Assembly (NCBI GenBank): GCA_963709585.1
Contig: CAVPXI010000004.1
Span: forward strand, 300,918 to 364,917
DNA length: 64,000 bases
Direction: 5' to 3'
DNA from: Candidatus Dormiibacterota bacterium
GTDB lineage: Bacteria; Chloroflexota; Dormibacteria; Aeolococcales; Aeolococcaceae
The stretch's first letter is position 1, and each line of letters opens with the position of its first letter. The position numbers and the translations under genes are program-made. Under the pieces are notes generated by a model that was given only the letters and a program-made list of their open reading frames with translations, was not told the DNA's origin and searched no databases. Below, piece by piece: positions 1 to 11,010 of the stretch.

Positions 1-1349
1 ACGGGTTCAACGGCGCGCACAGCATCTCCTACGGGCTGATCGCGTACCAGACGGCGTACCTGAAGGCGAACTTCCCCCGAGAGTACATGTGCGCGCTGCT
101 CAACAGCAGGGCGGACAACTTCGACAAGCTGAAGCAGTCGATCCTCGATTCGCACGCGCGTGGGCTCGTCGTCCGCCCCCCGGATGTCAACCGGAGCGCA
201 TCGGACTTCAGCCTCGGCGATGAGGCGCAGGGCGAGATCCTCTACGGGTTGCGGCACATCAAGACCGTCGGCGAGCGCGTCGCCGCCGAGATCGTTGCCG
301 AGCGCGAGGGCGAGGGACCGTTCACCTCGCTCTTCGACCTCTGCCTCCGAGTTGCGAGCCGCGACCTCAACCGTCGCGTCGTCGAGGCCCTGATTCGCAG
401 CGGAGCCTGCGATTCGCTCGGGGAACGCGGGGCCATGCTCGCCGTGCTCGACCGTGCTCTCGACCGCGCCGCGACGATCCGACGCGAACGCGAGTTGGGC
501 CAGACCTCGCTGTTCGGCGATATCGTCGTCCTGGTCGAGCCGGTTTCGCAGCCGGCGGACGAGCTCGACGGCCGCGATGTCAACGGGCCGTTCGCGATCG
601 CGGCCGACGAACGGCTGAGCTGGGAACGCGAGTTCCTCGGCATGTACCTGAGCGATCACCCGCTTCGCAGGATTGCGGGCGAGCTACAGCAGCGTGTCGA
701 CACCACCATCAACGAGCTCGGCGCGCATCTCGACGGTCTCATCGTGCAGGTGGGCGGTGCCATCCGGGACATGCGCACGTTCGTGCCGCGCAGGAGCACG
801 ACCGGCCAGCGGATGGCCGCGCTCCAGATCGAGGATCTGACCGGGAGCGTCGAGGTCGTGGTGTTCGCACGGGTTTTCGAGGAGTGCGTCGCCGCGCTGC
901 GCCCCGATGCGGTGATCGTGGTCCGCGGCAAGGTCGAGGCGGGGCGGACGACCAGCGGTGCCACGACCACGCACGCGGGTGAGGATGAGGATCGCGTCGA
1001 CCTCGAACCCCCGCAGATTCTCGCCGAGGCCGTGTACGCCTACGACGATCCCCGTCTTGCCACCTGGCGGCGGGACAGCACCGTGCACATCAGCGTCAAT
1101 GCGTCGCAGATCGCCACACTCGGCGCGCTCCGGCACGCCTTCGAGGAGCACCGGGGCGACTGCCCGGTGGTGCTGCACGTCGACTCGGGGACGAGCGTCG
1201 ACGAGATCACGCTCGCCGTCGACTTCACTGTCGAACCATGTCCGGCGCTCGAGCGCGCCGTGGAGTACCTGGTCGGGGACAGCGCGTATCGCGTCGAGAT
1301 GCGGCGCGTCCGTGCCCCCGAACGCGAGCGCACTGGCGCACGGCGCTGA
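1..1349 (+). CDS. dnaE: DNA polymerase III alpha subunit, C-terminal part (truncated by window start)
   Basis: YGLIAYQTAYLKANFP upstream of ORF; PPDVNRS, LIRSGACD, EREFLGMYLSDHP and OB-fold IEDLTGSVEVVVF motifs. Confidence 0.95.
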   Translation, partial: GFNGAHSISYGLIAYQTAYLKANFPREYMCALLNSRADNFDKLKQSILDSHARGLVVRPPDVNRSASDFSLGDEAQGEILYGLRHIKTVGERVAAEIVAEREGEGPFTSLFDLCLRVASRDLNRRVVEALIRSGACDSLGERGAMLAVLDRALDRAATIRRERELGQTSLFGDIVVLVEPVSQPADELDGRDVNGPFAIAADERLSWEREFLGMYLSDHPLRRIAGELQQRVDTTINELGAHLDGLIVQVGGAIRDMRTFVPRRSTTGQRMAALQIEDLTGSVEVVVFARVFEECVAALRPDAVIVVRGKVEAGRTTSGATTTHAGEDEDRVDLEPPQILAEAVYAYDDPRLATWRRDSTVHISVNASQIATLGALRHAFEEHRGDCPVVLHVDSGTSVDEITLAVDFTVEPCPALERAVEYLVGDSAYRVEMRRVRAPERERTGARR

Positions 1350-1357
1350 GCTGCCGC

Positions 1358-1924
1358 TCAGATCGATGGGAGCAGCAAACCGAAGACGATCCTGATCACG
1401 ATGATCAGCACGATGTACATGATCAGTGCCGCGATGGCCGGGTAGTCGATCCCGGCGGTCACGCGCCCGCGGTGCAGGCCCGCGAACGGGGCGACGAGCG
1501 GGTTGGTCATGGTGCGAACCATTTGCACCATCGGATGCCACGGGTCGGCGTGGAACACGGCGAGCAGGATGCGGATGAACACGATGATGGCGATGGCGAT
1601 CGCGATGTCGACCACCAGCGTCTCGATGAGCGCCACGATGGTTCCAGCGGTATCCACGCCACCGCCGGCAACGAGCGTCTGCAGGATCTGCGCGACGAAA
1701 TTGATGACCACGATCGCCAGAATCGGCGAGAAGTCGATGCCGCTGAACGTGGGGAGGATGCGGCGGAAGGGCGCGAGGATCGGGTCGACGATGATGCGCA
1801 ACCAGCGCACCACCGGATGCCACGGGCTGAGCCCGATCCACGACACGGCGATCCGCGCGATGATCAGGACGGTCAGCGCCACCTCGACGAAGCCGATGAC
1901 GTTGAAGAGCAGCAGTTGTGTCAC
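1358..1924 (-). CDS. YggT-family membrane protein (two repeats)
   Basis: HPVVRWLRIIVDPILAPFRRILP...GIDFSPI and a second HPMVQMVRTMTNPLVAPF...GIDYPAI repeat; GTG start overlaps lgt stop. Confidence 0.85.
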   Translation of the reverse strand: MTQLLLFNVIGFVEVALTVLIIARIAVSWIGLSPWHPVVRWLRIIVDPILAPFRRILPTFSGIDFSPILAIVVINFVAQILQTLVAGGGVDTAGTIVALIETLVVDIAIAIAIIVFIRILLAVFHADPWHPMVQMVRTMTNPLVAPFAGLHRGRVTAGIDYPAIAALIMYIVLIIVIRIVFGLLLPSI

Positions 1925-2829
1925 CGGGCGGCGGCGGGCTCCTTGGCGGCGGCGGGTTCGTCCGGTGAGCGCTTCTCGAACCGGGTGATGGTTCGCCGCC
2001 ACAGCAGGTAGAGCAGCGGTACCGCGAACACGAGCATCGCAATCGACGTCCACTGTGCCTCGCGCAGCCCGAGCGGACCGGGCGGTTCACTCGCCCGAAA
2101 CTCGAAGAGGATCAGCTGGCTCACCGCATAGAGGGCGACGTAGGTGATAGCGAGCACGCCGGGGCGCACGTTGCGGCGCATCAGCAGAAGCAGCACGATG
2201 CCGATACAGATGGTGCCGAGCGCCTCGTACACCGCCGCGGGCTGATACGCGATGCAGTGCGCCGGCGTGCAGATGCTGAAGCCGCTTTGCAGGATCGCGT
2301 GTTGATTCGAGTACGCGGTCGCCCACGGTAGCGTGCTCGCCGCACCAAGGATGTCGCCGTTGATCACGTTGCCGATGCGTCCGATCGGCTGACCCACCAC
2401 AGCGAAGAGCACACCGCCGTCAAGCGCGAGCCACGGGTTGTATCCGTACCGCCAGGCGCAGATGGCGAGGGTCACGAAGCCGACGATGATGGCGCCGAAG
2501 AAGGCCATCCCACCCTGCCAGAAGGCAATGATGTTGATCGGGTGGAGCACGTAGTTGTTCCACAGGTCCGGCTGCTGCAGCACGTAATAGAGACGGCCCC
2601 CCAGCAGCCCGAAGATGATCGTCCAGACGCAGATTTTCTCGGCGACCGGCTTTGGCAGGCCGCGCTTGATCGCGTAGGGGAGCACCCCGAACTGATAGGC
2701 GGCCAGGAACGCGACCGCATACATCACGCCGTACCAGTGGATCGGCAGGGGACCCAGGTTCAGGACCGGGTCGATGTTGATCGTGATGAAGCCGACGGGG
2801 CCGGCGCTAGCGGGCACGGCTGTCATCAT
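1921..2829 (-). CDS. lgt: prolipoprotein diacylglyceryl transferase
   Basis: IHWYGVMY, GGRLYYV, WQGGMAFFG, GRIGNVINGD, YQPAAVYE motifs. Confidence 0.93.
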   Translation of the reverse strand: MMTAVPASAGPVGFITINIDPVLNLGPLPIHWYGVMYAVAFLAAYQFGVLPYAIKRGLPKPVAEKICVWTIIFGLLGGRLYYVLQQPDLWNNYVLHPINIIAFWQGGMAFFGAIIVGFVTLAICAWRYGYNPWLALDGGVLFAVVGQPIGRIGNVINGDILGAASTLPWATAYSNQHAILQSGFSICTPAHCIAYQPAAVYEALGTICIGIVLLLLMRRNVRPGVLAITYVALYAVSQLILFEFRASEPPGPLGLREAQWTSIAMLVFAVPLLYLLWRRTITRFEKRSPDEPAAAKEPAAAR

Positions 2830-3439
2830 GCGGACTTCCCGCGGCCGGATGCACCTCGAGGACGCGATAGCCGCCCTTGGAGCGGACCCGCTCGACGCGA
2901 TGACCGAGGCCCGCCAGCCACGCGGCCAGGGAGTCGGCACCGAGATGGCGATGCACCACGAGCAGTGCCACAGCCTCCGGCTCGAGCCGCCCAATCCAGG
3001 CGAGCAGCAGCTCGTGGAGCGCCGGCTTGCCGAGCCGGACCGGTGGGTTGGAGTAGACGGCCGCAAACCTGCCGCGGTCGGGAACGGCGTCGGGCTCGGC
3101 GGGGACCACGTTCTGGGCACCGGCGCGCTCGGCATTGCGCACACACAGGTCGAGCGCGCGGCGGTTGACGTCCACCGCCCACACCCGGGCGTCAGGATTG
3201 CGCAGCGCGAGAGTGATGGCGATCGCGCCGTAGCCGCAGCCGACGTCGACCAGCTCTCCCGCGGGTACCGGCGGCAGGCTCCTCAAGAGGAGGTCGGTTC
3301 CGAAGTCGAGGTGACCGTGGGCGAAGACGCCGCGGTCGGTGTCGAGCTCGAAGCTCAGATCCGGGAGGCTGACCCGGATCGTGCGCGGACGCGACGCGAC
3401 CTTCGGCTCGGCGCTGAAATAGTGATCCTGGCTCACCAT
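2807..3439 (-). CDS. class I SAM methyltransferase (RsmC/MTS-like)
   Basis: HYFSAEP, GVFAHGHLDFGT, VDVGCGYG, SNPP motifs. Confidence 0.88.
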   Translation of the reverse strand: MVSQDHYFSAEPKVASRPRTIRVSLPDLSFELDTDRGVFAHGHLDFGTDLLLRSLPPVPAGELVDVGCGYGAIAITLALRNPDARVWAVDVNRRALDLCVRNAERAGAQNVVPAEPDAVPDRGRFAAVYSNPPVRLGKPALHELLLAWIGRLEPEAVALLVVHRHLGADSLAAWLAGLGHRVERVRSKGGYRVLEVHPAAGSPHDDSRAR

Positions 3440-3461
3440 CTCAGGGTAGTAGGCTGCGGCG

Positions 3462-4634
3462 GTGAGCACCTATGACGTCGCCGTGGTCGGCCTGGGCGCG
3501 GCCGGTGCGGCGACGTTGTACCAACTCGCCCGGCGCGGGGTGAGCGTCATCGGTATCGATCGATTCTCGCCGCCGCACATCTACGGCTCGACCCACGGGG
3601 ACACGCGGATCACCCGCGAGGCAATCGGGGAAGGCGAGGCCTACACCCCGCTTGTGCAGCGTTCGCATGCCATCTGGCGGGAGCTCGAGGCCGACACCGG
3701 CCAGGATCTCCTCACCCAGTGCGGCGGTCTGATCATCGAGGCCGCCGGCGGCGGGGCCGCGGGTCACCATCGTCATGAGTTTCTCGCCAGCACGATCGCC
3801 TGCGCGAACCGGTACGGCATCAGGCACGAGCTGCTCAGCGCCGCGGATGTCACCGGCCGTTTCCCGCAGTTCACACTCGACGGCGACGAGTCCGCCTTCT
3901 ACGAGCCGACCGCCGGCTTCGTCCGTCCGGAGCGATGCGTGAATGCGCAGCTGACTGTCGCTGCCCGCCTCGGTGCCGAGATTCACCGCGACGAGCGCGT
4001 GCTAGCAGTTGAATCGTCGGAAAGCGGCGTGCGGGTGCGCACCGACGGCGGCGTCCACGAAGCCGCGCGTGTGGTCCTGGCGGTGGGGCCGTGGGTGCGC
4101 GATTTCGTCGAGCCGGAGCAGCTCCGATTGTTCAATGTCTACCGGCAGGTGATGGCCTGGTTCGAACTGAAGCCGAACGCCGTGGATCACACGCCCGGCG
4201 CGATGCCGGTGTTCATCTGGGGCCTGAGCGACGGCAACGCGTTCTATGGATTGCCGGCGATTGATGGGTGCCGCGAGATCAAGGTCGCGACCGAGGAACT
4301 CGACCATCCCACCAGCGCGGACGAAGCCTCACTCGATGTCGATCCCGGCGAACCGCGTTCGCTGCATGACTCGCTGATCCGCACACGTTTCCCGGGCGTC
4401 TCGTCCCGGTGCGTCCGGGCGGCGCGATGCCTCTACACCGTCACCCCGGACGCGAACTTCGTCATCGACGATCACCTGGACCTCCCCGGGGTTCTGCTCG
4501 TGTCGCCCTGTTCCGGGCACGGGTTCAAGCACTCGGCCGGCCTCGGCGAGGCGATCGCCCAGCAGGTCACGACGGGGACGAGCGACGCGGACCTCTCGCA
4601 GTTCAGGCTCGACCGGTTTGGAGCGGTCGTTTAG
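3462..4634 (+). CDS. solA: N-methyl-L-tryptophan/monomeric sarcosine oxidase family flavoprotein
   Basis: VVGLGAAG Rossmann motif, GSTHGDTRITR, CLYTVTPD, CSGHGFK. Confidence 0.85.
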   Translation: MSTYDVAVVGLGAAGAATLYQLARRGVSVIGIDRFSPPHIYGSTHGDTRITREAIGEGEAYTPLVQRSHAIWRELEADTGQDLLTQCGGLIIEAAGGGAAGHHRHEFLASTIACANRYGIRHELLSAADVTGRFPQFTLDGDESAFYEPTAGFVRPERCVNAQLTVAARLGAEIHRDERVLAVESSESGVRVRTDGGVHEAARVVLAVGPWVRDFVEPEQLRLFNVYRQVMAWFELKPNAVDHTPGAMPVFIWGLSDGNAFYGLPAIDGCREIKVATEELDHPTSADEASLDVDPGEPRSLHDSLIRTRFPGVSSRCVRAARCLYTVTPDANFVIDDHLDLPGVLLVSPCSGHGFKHSAGLGEAIAQQVTTGTSDADLSQFRLDRFGAVV

Positions 4635-4857
4635 CGTTTCCCGGTCCCAGGACTTCGCTGATCTCGTAGCCGAACAGGTCGTGGACATGACGGACGGTCC
4701 CAAAGGCTGACCGGTTCTTAACCCCACCTTCATCAAGGTCCAAATACGATGGCCTTGACCCAACCCCCTTAGAGACCTTCGGCATCTCGCCGAGGGTCTC
4801 TCGCTATGTGGGGTTTTCTCGCGAGAAGAGCCAGGGCCCTCGGCCCACGTGCTCTAT

Positions 4858-5040
4858 TCAGACGTTTTCTTCGGTGTGGCTCTCATCCGGGGCCGCCGCC
4901 GGGTGGACGTCGAGTTGCCGGTTCGCGAAATCCGGATCGCTTGTGGCGTTGGCGAACTTGTGGCCCTTGGTGTCATCGTCCTCGGTCTCTCGGGTGCGAG
5001 CTTCCGGGGCTTCCTGCTCGTCGTTCGTGTCCGTGGTCAT
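4858..5040 (-). CDS. 60-aa acidic hypothetical peptide
   Basis: ATG preceded by AAGGAG Shine-Dalgarno; D/E-rich ORF. Confidence 0.5.
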   Translation of the reverse strand: MTTDTNDEQEAPEARTRETEDDDTKGHKFANATSDPDFANRQLDVHPAAAPDESHTEENV

Positions 5041-5260
5041 TGGCGTTTTCTCCTTGGCGGTTGGGACCGCGCTCTCACTGTTGGCATGATTCTTTCACTT
5101 GCCACGCGTTGAGTTAGTCGGCCACACGACAACTCCCTGGTCGCCGATCTGACAGCAGAGGAGGGCGGCGCATCGCGCAGCCTTGAACCGACCACGCGGC
5201 GACAACGCTCATCTCGTTTTGACGCTCTTGATAAGCACCAACTGAGTCGGTGGAAGCTCC

Positions 5261-5839
5261 TCAGAGTTGGATGAGGTTGACGCCGGCGAGCGGGTGGTGG
5301 ATCTGTTGCATCGCTCCGCCTGTCGCAAGGTCGCCGAGGTCGATGGTGGCGAAGCCCGCGTCCTGGAACAGTCCTGCGACCACGGACTTGGCTTCGACGT
5401 CGTCGCCGGAGATGAAGAGCACGCGCTGGCCGCCGGACTCGTGGGGATCCGAGGCGAGCACTTCGGCGCTCAGGGTGTTGGCGGCTTTGACGACACGCGC
5501 GCCGGAGACGAGGCCGGCGACGATCTCGCTCGATGTCCTCCCGTTGAGGTCGTCGGCGCCCCAGTCGTTGGTCGCGTCGATGACGACCTGACTGTTCCAC
5601 TCAAGACCGTTGACAGCGGCGGGCACGCGGTCTCACACGACGGCGATCACGACGATCGCTGCTGCCGCAGCGTCGGCCGGCCTGCCCGTGGAGATTCCTT
5701 CGCCCAGGGCAGAGGCGAGTGAAGTAAGTGACTCAGGGCCGCGGCTGTTGGCGATCACTACCGAGCGACCGGCGCGAACGGCGACGCGCGCCATAGCCTG
5801 GCCGAGCCGCCCGGCGCCGATGATGCCGATGTCGGTCAC
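5261..5839 (-). CDS. NADPH-dependent F420-reductase-like oxidoreductase, frameshifted near 5630
   Basis: IGIIGAGRLG and IANSRGPESL in one frame; VIDATN, VVKAANT, FISGDD in the next. Confidence 0.8.
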
Positions 5840-6498
5840 CGTGGCTCCTCGTACTCGGAGGCGAAAAGGTAGCTGACCGCCAGGCTGCGGTACGGCCGCC
5901 AACGTTCCGACATCTCAATCAGCTCTGCTTCGGAGGGAACGTGGTCGAAACCATAGACCCGTTGGATCGCGCGACGCAACGCGATATCGCCGGTGAGAAA
6001 CACGTCTGGTCGGTTCAGCGCGACGAGCAAGAAGCCGTGCGCCGACCACGGTCCGATGCCTGAAACGTCGGTCAGGGCTGCCTCGACCTCTTCGTCCGTC
6101 ATGCGCTCAAGCGCCGCATCGCTCAGCCGCCCATCCACGAATCGCTCCGCGAGCGCCCGTAGCGTCGCGCCCTTGCGAGCCGAGAGCCCGGCGGCCCGAA
6201 GCACCTCCGGAGCGGCAGCCAGCAATTCGGCCGGCGACGGCAAACGACCGCCAAACCGCTCCTCGATGCGAGACACGATCGTGCGTGTCGCAGCGACTGA
6301 CAACTGCTGACCGACGACCTGGAAAATGAGTGTCCCGAACGCATCGAGCGGCGGGAGCTCGTCCAGCCACGCTCGCGGACGAAAGGCTGGATGGGCGTCG
6401 ATGACGGCCGCGAGCACCGGATCGGCCTTGCGAAGGAACTCACGAGCCTTTCGGTCGGCGAGGGCGGCGCGTTGCCGCGGACGAGCACCCACGCTCAC
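5836..6498 (-). CDS. DNA-3-methyladenine glycosylase II (AlkA-like, HhH-GPD)
   Basis: VVGQQLS, GLSARK, LTDVSGIGPWSA, GDIALR, WRPYRSLA. Confidence 0.9.
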   Translation of the reverse strand: MSVGARPRQRAALADRKAREFLRKADPVLAAVIDAHPAFRPRAWLDELPPLDAFGTLIFQVVGQQLSVAATRTIVSRIEERFGGRLPSPAELLAAAPEVLRAAGLSARKGATLRALAERFVDGRLSDAALERMTDEEVEAALTDVSGIGPWSAHGFLLVALNRPDVFLTGDIALRRAIQRVYGFDHVPSEAELIEMSERWRPYRSLAVSYLFASEYEEPR

Positions 6499-7109
6499 GC
6501 CTTGAGCAGGCGCTCCGTGAGCACGATCTCGATGACATCGGCGACCGTATCCTCGCGAGCCCAGTCGCGCTGGAGCTCGACGGCGAGCGCCACCCAGGTA
6601 ACCGGCTGCGCACCTGCCTGGACGACACGCTCGATGCCCGTGCGATGGGCCTCCTCGCTCGTGCCGCCGATCGCGTCGACGACCGGGTAGACGTCATAGC
6701 CCTCTCTCATGGCATCAAGGGCGGGGAAGGCCATGCAGATCTCGGTCCAGAGCGCGCACAGGAGCAGCTTGCGCCGCCCGGTCGCGCGCACGGCGTCCAG
6801 GAACTCGGCGTCCTCCCACGCGTTGGTCGACGTCCTGTCGATCGCGGGGAAGTCGTCCAGCAGGTCAGCGAGCTCCGGAACCGTTGGCTGCCCGCGTCCT
6901 GACGCGACGTTGATCGTGGAGTGAACGATCGGCATGTGGAATGCCTTCGCGGTCTTCACGGTCGACACGATGTTCTCCAGCAAGAGGTCACGGTCCATCG
7001 ACTGGACGGCGGCGAACTGAGACGCCTGGTAGTCGATCACGACGAGCGCAGCGTTTTGCGGCGTCAGCAGGTGATCGCCGATCGGATCCCGTATCGGCAG
7101 GCTGGCCAT
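6495..7109 (-). CDS. isochorismatase-family cysteine hydrolase (YcaC-like)
   Basis: VVIDYQ, NAWED, LWTEICMAFPAL. Confidence 0.9.
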   Translation of the reverse strand: MASLPIRDPIGDHLLTPQNAALVVIDYQASQFAAVQSMDRDLLLENIVSTVKTAKAFHMPIVHSTINVASGRGQPTVPELADLLDDFPAIDRTSTNAWEDAEFLDAVRATGRRKLLLCALWTEICMAFPALDAMREGYDVYPVVDAIGGTSEEAHRTGIERVVQAGAQPVTWVALAVELQRDWAREDTVADVIEIVLTERLLKA

Positions 7110-8062
7110 CAGGGGTGCACCTGCGAGCCGTAACCCAGGTCCAGCCGGATCGATTCCATCACCCAGAAGGTTGTGCTCTCGGTGAACACGTCGGCGGCGG
7201 CCAGCACGCCGGTGTACTTCTCGATCACAGGTGCAGCTGCGGCCGCGGCAGTCGCGTCGAGATGAGCCTTCACTGCGGCCCAGGTGTTCTCACCGTACTT
7301 CACGTAATAAGGGGTGGGATCGAGAGTGTCGATGGCGGTCCTGACGCTCGCAGAGATATCCGCCATGTACTGCTGGTGCAAGGTCACGTCGTCGCGGGTG
7401 CCGATCCTGCCGAGATGGCCGCCGATGAAATGCTTCCACGAGTACGCAAGGGCATTCGCGGGCGCCTCGATGTAGCCGGGGATGTCCTCGGTCAGGTTGG
7501 AGATGTAGACCGGCGCCCAGCCAGCGTTGACGATGTCGACCAGCATCAGCGTGTCGTGGTCCGGCAGGTGGATGACGATGTTGTCCGGCGTGTGGTTGGC
7601 ACCGTGCCAGGCGAGGTCGATCCGCTCGCCGCCGATCTCAAGGGTGCGGCGGTCCTGGAACGTCTCCTCGTTGGGTGGCTTGGCCGGGTCGTCGTCGCGC
7701 AGCATCAGACGCCGGGTCTCCTCATGTCCGATGCGGGTGATGTTCTTGTCGAAGAGGAACGACGCGCCGGCGTGGTCGGCGTGGTGATGCGAGTAGATGA
7801 GGTGTGTGACCTTGCTGCTGACGCCGTTCGCGGCGGCGATCTCGTCGACCGCCCGCTGAATGTTGTGGCCGATGGTCGGGGGCGCGTCGAGCAGGACGAC
7901 GCCGTCGGACGTGGTCAGGAACGCCGACTGGTAGGTGCCGTCCGTGATCCAGTACAGGTTCCGCTCGACGCGGCCAACATAGTAGCCCTGCTCGTTGAGC
8001 GCGGGGCCGATCGCGGAGCGTGGGACGGGTGCGTAATCGGGGAGGGCTTCCGGGCTCATCAC
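7109..8062 (-). CDS. metallo-beta-lactamase-fold hydrolase
   Basis: YSHHHADH, NHTPD, GGH metal ligands. Confidence 0.9.
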   Translation of the reverse strand: MMSPEALPDYAPVPRSAIGPALNEQGYYVGRVERNLYWITDGTYQSAFLTTSDGVVLLDAPPTIGHNIQRAVDEIAAANGVSSKVTHLIYSHHHADHAGASFLFDKNITRIGHEETRRLMLRDDDPAKPPNEETFQDRRTLEIGGERIDLAWHGANHTPDNIVIHLPDHDTLMLVDIVNAGWAPVYISNLTEDIPGYIEAPANALAYSWKHFIGGHLGRIGTRDDVTLHQQYMADISASVRTAIDTLDPTPYYVKYGENTWAAVKAHLDATAAAAAAPVIEKYTGVLAAADVFTESTTFWVMESIRLDLGYGSQVHP

Positions 8063-8177
8063 CAGCCCGCCGATGGATCGAGGGTGGTTGTGTTGTTCAT
8101 GCCCGGATCGTGGCCTTTGCCGCCGGCGATCGAATCCCGAAAACCCGTAGTCCTGACCCCAGTGGCATGCTGCCTGG

Positions 8178-10923
8178 ATGGTCGTGAGGGCTCGTGCTGA
8201 GCAGTTGGTTGGCAGGAAGCGCGAGCGCGCGGTGCTCGAGCGGCTGCTGGATACCGCCCGGGGCGGTCACGATGCCGTCCTCGTGGTGCACGGAGACCCC
8301 GGCGTCGGCAAGACCGCGCTGCTCGAGTACACGATCGAGGCGGGCCAGGATTTTCGCGTCGTTCGGACTGCGGGTGTCGAGGGGGAGATGGAGCTCGACT
8401 ACGCGGCGCTGCAACGGCTCTGTTCGCCGATCCTCGAGTTCATCGACCGCCTTCCCGATCCCCAGCGTGATGCGCTGGGCGTCGCCTTCGGACTCAACAC
8501 CGGACACGCGCCGAGCCCATTCCTCGTCGGGCTCGCGGTTCTCGGCCTCCTCTCCGAAGCTGCCGAGCAGCAGCCGCTCCTGTGCGTGGTCGACGACGCG
8601 CAGTGGCTCGATGGCGCAACCGCCCAAGCGCTCGCGTTCGTGGCTCGCCGCCTGCTGGCCGAGCGGATCGCGCTCGCCTTCGGGACGCGTGAGGTGGGCA
8701 GCGGATTGGCGCGCTTCCCGGAGCTTCGCGTCGAGCCGCTGGGCCGCCGGGATTCACGAGCGCTCTTGGAGTCCGCCCTGGCTGCGCGGCTGGACGAGTC
8801 CGTGCTCGAGCGGATCATCGCCGAGACGGGCGGGAACCCGCTCGCGCTCCTCGAGCTCCCGCGCGGGCTGACGCCCGCCCAGCTCGCCGGTGGTTTCGGC
8901 CTGCCTGCGGCACTTCCTCTGTCGACTGGGATCGAACAGAGCTTCACGCGCCGGCTGGCGCGCCTTCCACGCGACGCACGGCGGTTGCTGCTCCTGGCGG
9001 CGGCAGAGCCGGTTGGCGACCCTGCGCTTCTCTGGCGGGCGGCGCACCAGCTTGGGATCCCGGAGACGGCCGCGCAGGCCGTGGAGTTGGACGGCTTGCT
9101 GATGGTCGATGGAGGAGTCGTGTTCCGTCATCCGCTGGTGCGCTCAGCGGTGTACGGGGCCGCCGAGCCCAGCGAGCGGCGCGAGGTTCACCGCGCGCTG
9201 GCGGACGCAACCGATCCGCTGACCGACCCCGATCGCCGCGCGTGGCACCGTGCGCAGGCGGCGTCGGTACCTGACGAAGCGGTGGCCACGGAGCTCGAGC
9301 ACTCCGCCGCGCGTGCGCAGGCGCGGGGCGGCTTCGCTGCTGCTGCTGCCTTCCTCGAACGCGCTGCCACACTGACACCCGCTCCGGCACGCCGTGCGCG
9401 CCGTGCGCTGGTCGCAGCTCAGACGAAGTTCCGGGCAGGCGCTCTCGACGACGCACTTGGTCTGCTCTCGTCAACGGAGATCGGAGCGCTCGACGAGCTC
9501 GATCGCGCCCGAGTTCGAGTTGCTGCGCGCGCAGATCGCATTCGTCTCCACGCACGGCAGCGACGCGCCCACGTTGCTGCTTGCGGCCGCGCGCCGGCTT
9601 ACGCCGCTGTCTCCGAGTTTTGCGCATGAGACGTACCTCGAGGCTCTGTCGGCAGCGATGTTCGCGGGACGCCTTGCGGCGCCGGGTGCGAGCGCGCTCG
9701 AGGTCGCGCAGGCCGTCAAGCGCGCACCGAGGCCGCCCGTCCTCGGCGGTCCCGAGTTGTTGCTCGATGGACTTGCGACCCGATTCACTGAGGGCTATGA
9801 GGCTGCTGTCCCGATCCTGCGGCGTGCACTTCAGGCGTTCGACGTCAGCGGCCTGGCCGTGAGCGAGCAACTGCGCTGGAAGTGGCTCGCGACCGTCTCG
9901 TCGGTCCACATGTGGGATGACACGGGCTGGGAGACCCTGTCCCAACGGCACGAGCAGATCGCCCGGGAGACCGGCGCCCTCGGGGAGCTTCCGCTCGCGC
10001 TGACCCAGCGCGTCTACGCGCATCTTTTCGTGGGCGCGCTGACGACAGCGGTGTCGCTGGTCGATGAGATCCGGGCGGCGATAGAGGTCACCGGCAGCAA
10101 CCTCGGGCCGTACGGTGCGGTCGGACTCGTCGCGCTTCGCGGCCGCGAGCTCGAGGCGGTCGCTCTCATCGACGAAAGCCGCCGGGACGTGGCTCTCCGA
10201 GGTGAGGGAATCGGTCTCTCGATCCTCGACTGGGCTGAGGCGGTCTTGTACAACGGCCTCGGCCGCTACGAGCAGGCATGCGCCGCGGCGCTGCGGGTTG
10301 CTGAGCATCCGCACGATCTCGGCACCTCGAACTGGTGCATCGCCGAGTTGATCGAGGCCGCGGTCCGAGCCGGAAGACCTGAGCTGGCAGCGGGTGCCCG
10401 TTCGCGTCTCGCGGTGATGGCCAAGGTGAGCGGGACGGACTGGGCCCGCGGGATCGCGGCTCGCTCGGACGCGCTCTGCGCGGAAGATGAGGGGGCCGAG
10501 GAGCTCTACGCCGAGGCCGTCAATCGACTCGGTCGATCCCGCATTGCGGTCGATCTCGCTCGCGCTCACCTCCTGTACGGTGAGTGGCTGAGACGTCAAC
10601 GCCGACGCCTTGATGCACGCAGGCAGTTGCGGTCGGCTCACGACCTCTTCTCCGACTTCGGCATGGATGCATTCGCTGAGCGCGCACGCGTCGAATTGGA
10701 AGCGACCGGCGAGCGTGCTCGCAGACGCACCGTTGATACCCTTGATCAACTCACTCCGCAGGAGGCACAGATCTCGCGCCTTGTGGCGCAGGGGAACAGC
10801 AACCGCGAGATCGCCGCTCAACTGTTCATCAGCCCCAGCACGGTCGAGTACCACCTGCGCAAGGTGTTCGGCAAGCTCGGCGTCAAGTCGCGCACGCAAC
10901 TGGCCAGGCGCCTGCTGGGTTAG
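8178..10923 (+). CDS. large ATP-binding LuxR-family (LAL) regulator, frameshift near 9510
   Basis: GDPGVGKT Walker A, VDDAQWLD, GGNPLALLEL; C-terminal LTPQEAQI...SNREIA...TVEYHL HTH. Confidence 0.9.
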
Positions 10924-10956
10924 GCGCGGGGCGCTGGTCTCACAGCAGCTTCAAAC

Positions 10957-11010
10957 TGCCGGGAGAGGGAGTTCGAACCCTCACGAGGTTGCCCTCGGCG
11001 GTTTTTGAGA
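10957..11010 (-). repeat. att direct repeat: copy of the 3' half of tRNA-Leu
   Basis: TGCCGGGAGAGGGAGT(T)CGAACCCTCACGAGGTTGCCCTCGGCGGTTTTTGAGA matches 18866-18918 with one extra T. Confidence 0.95.
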
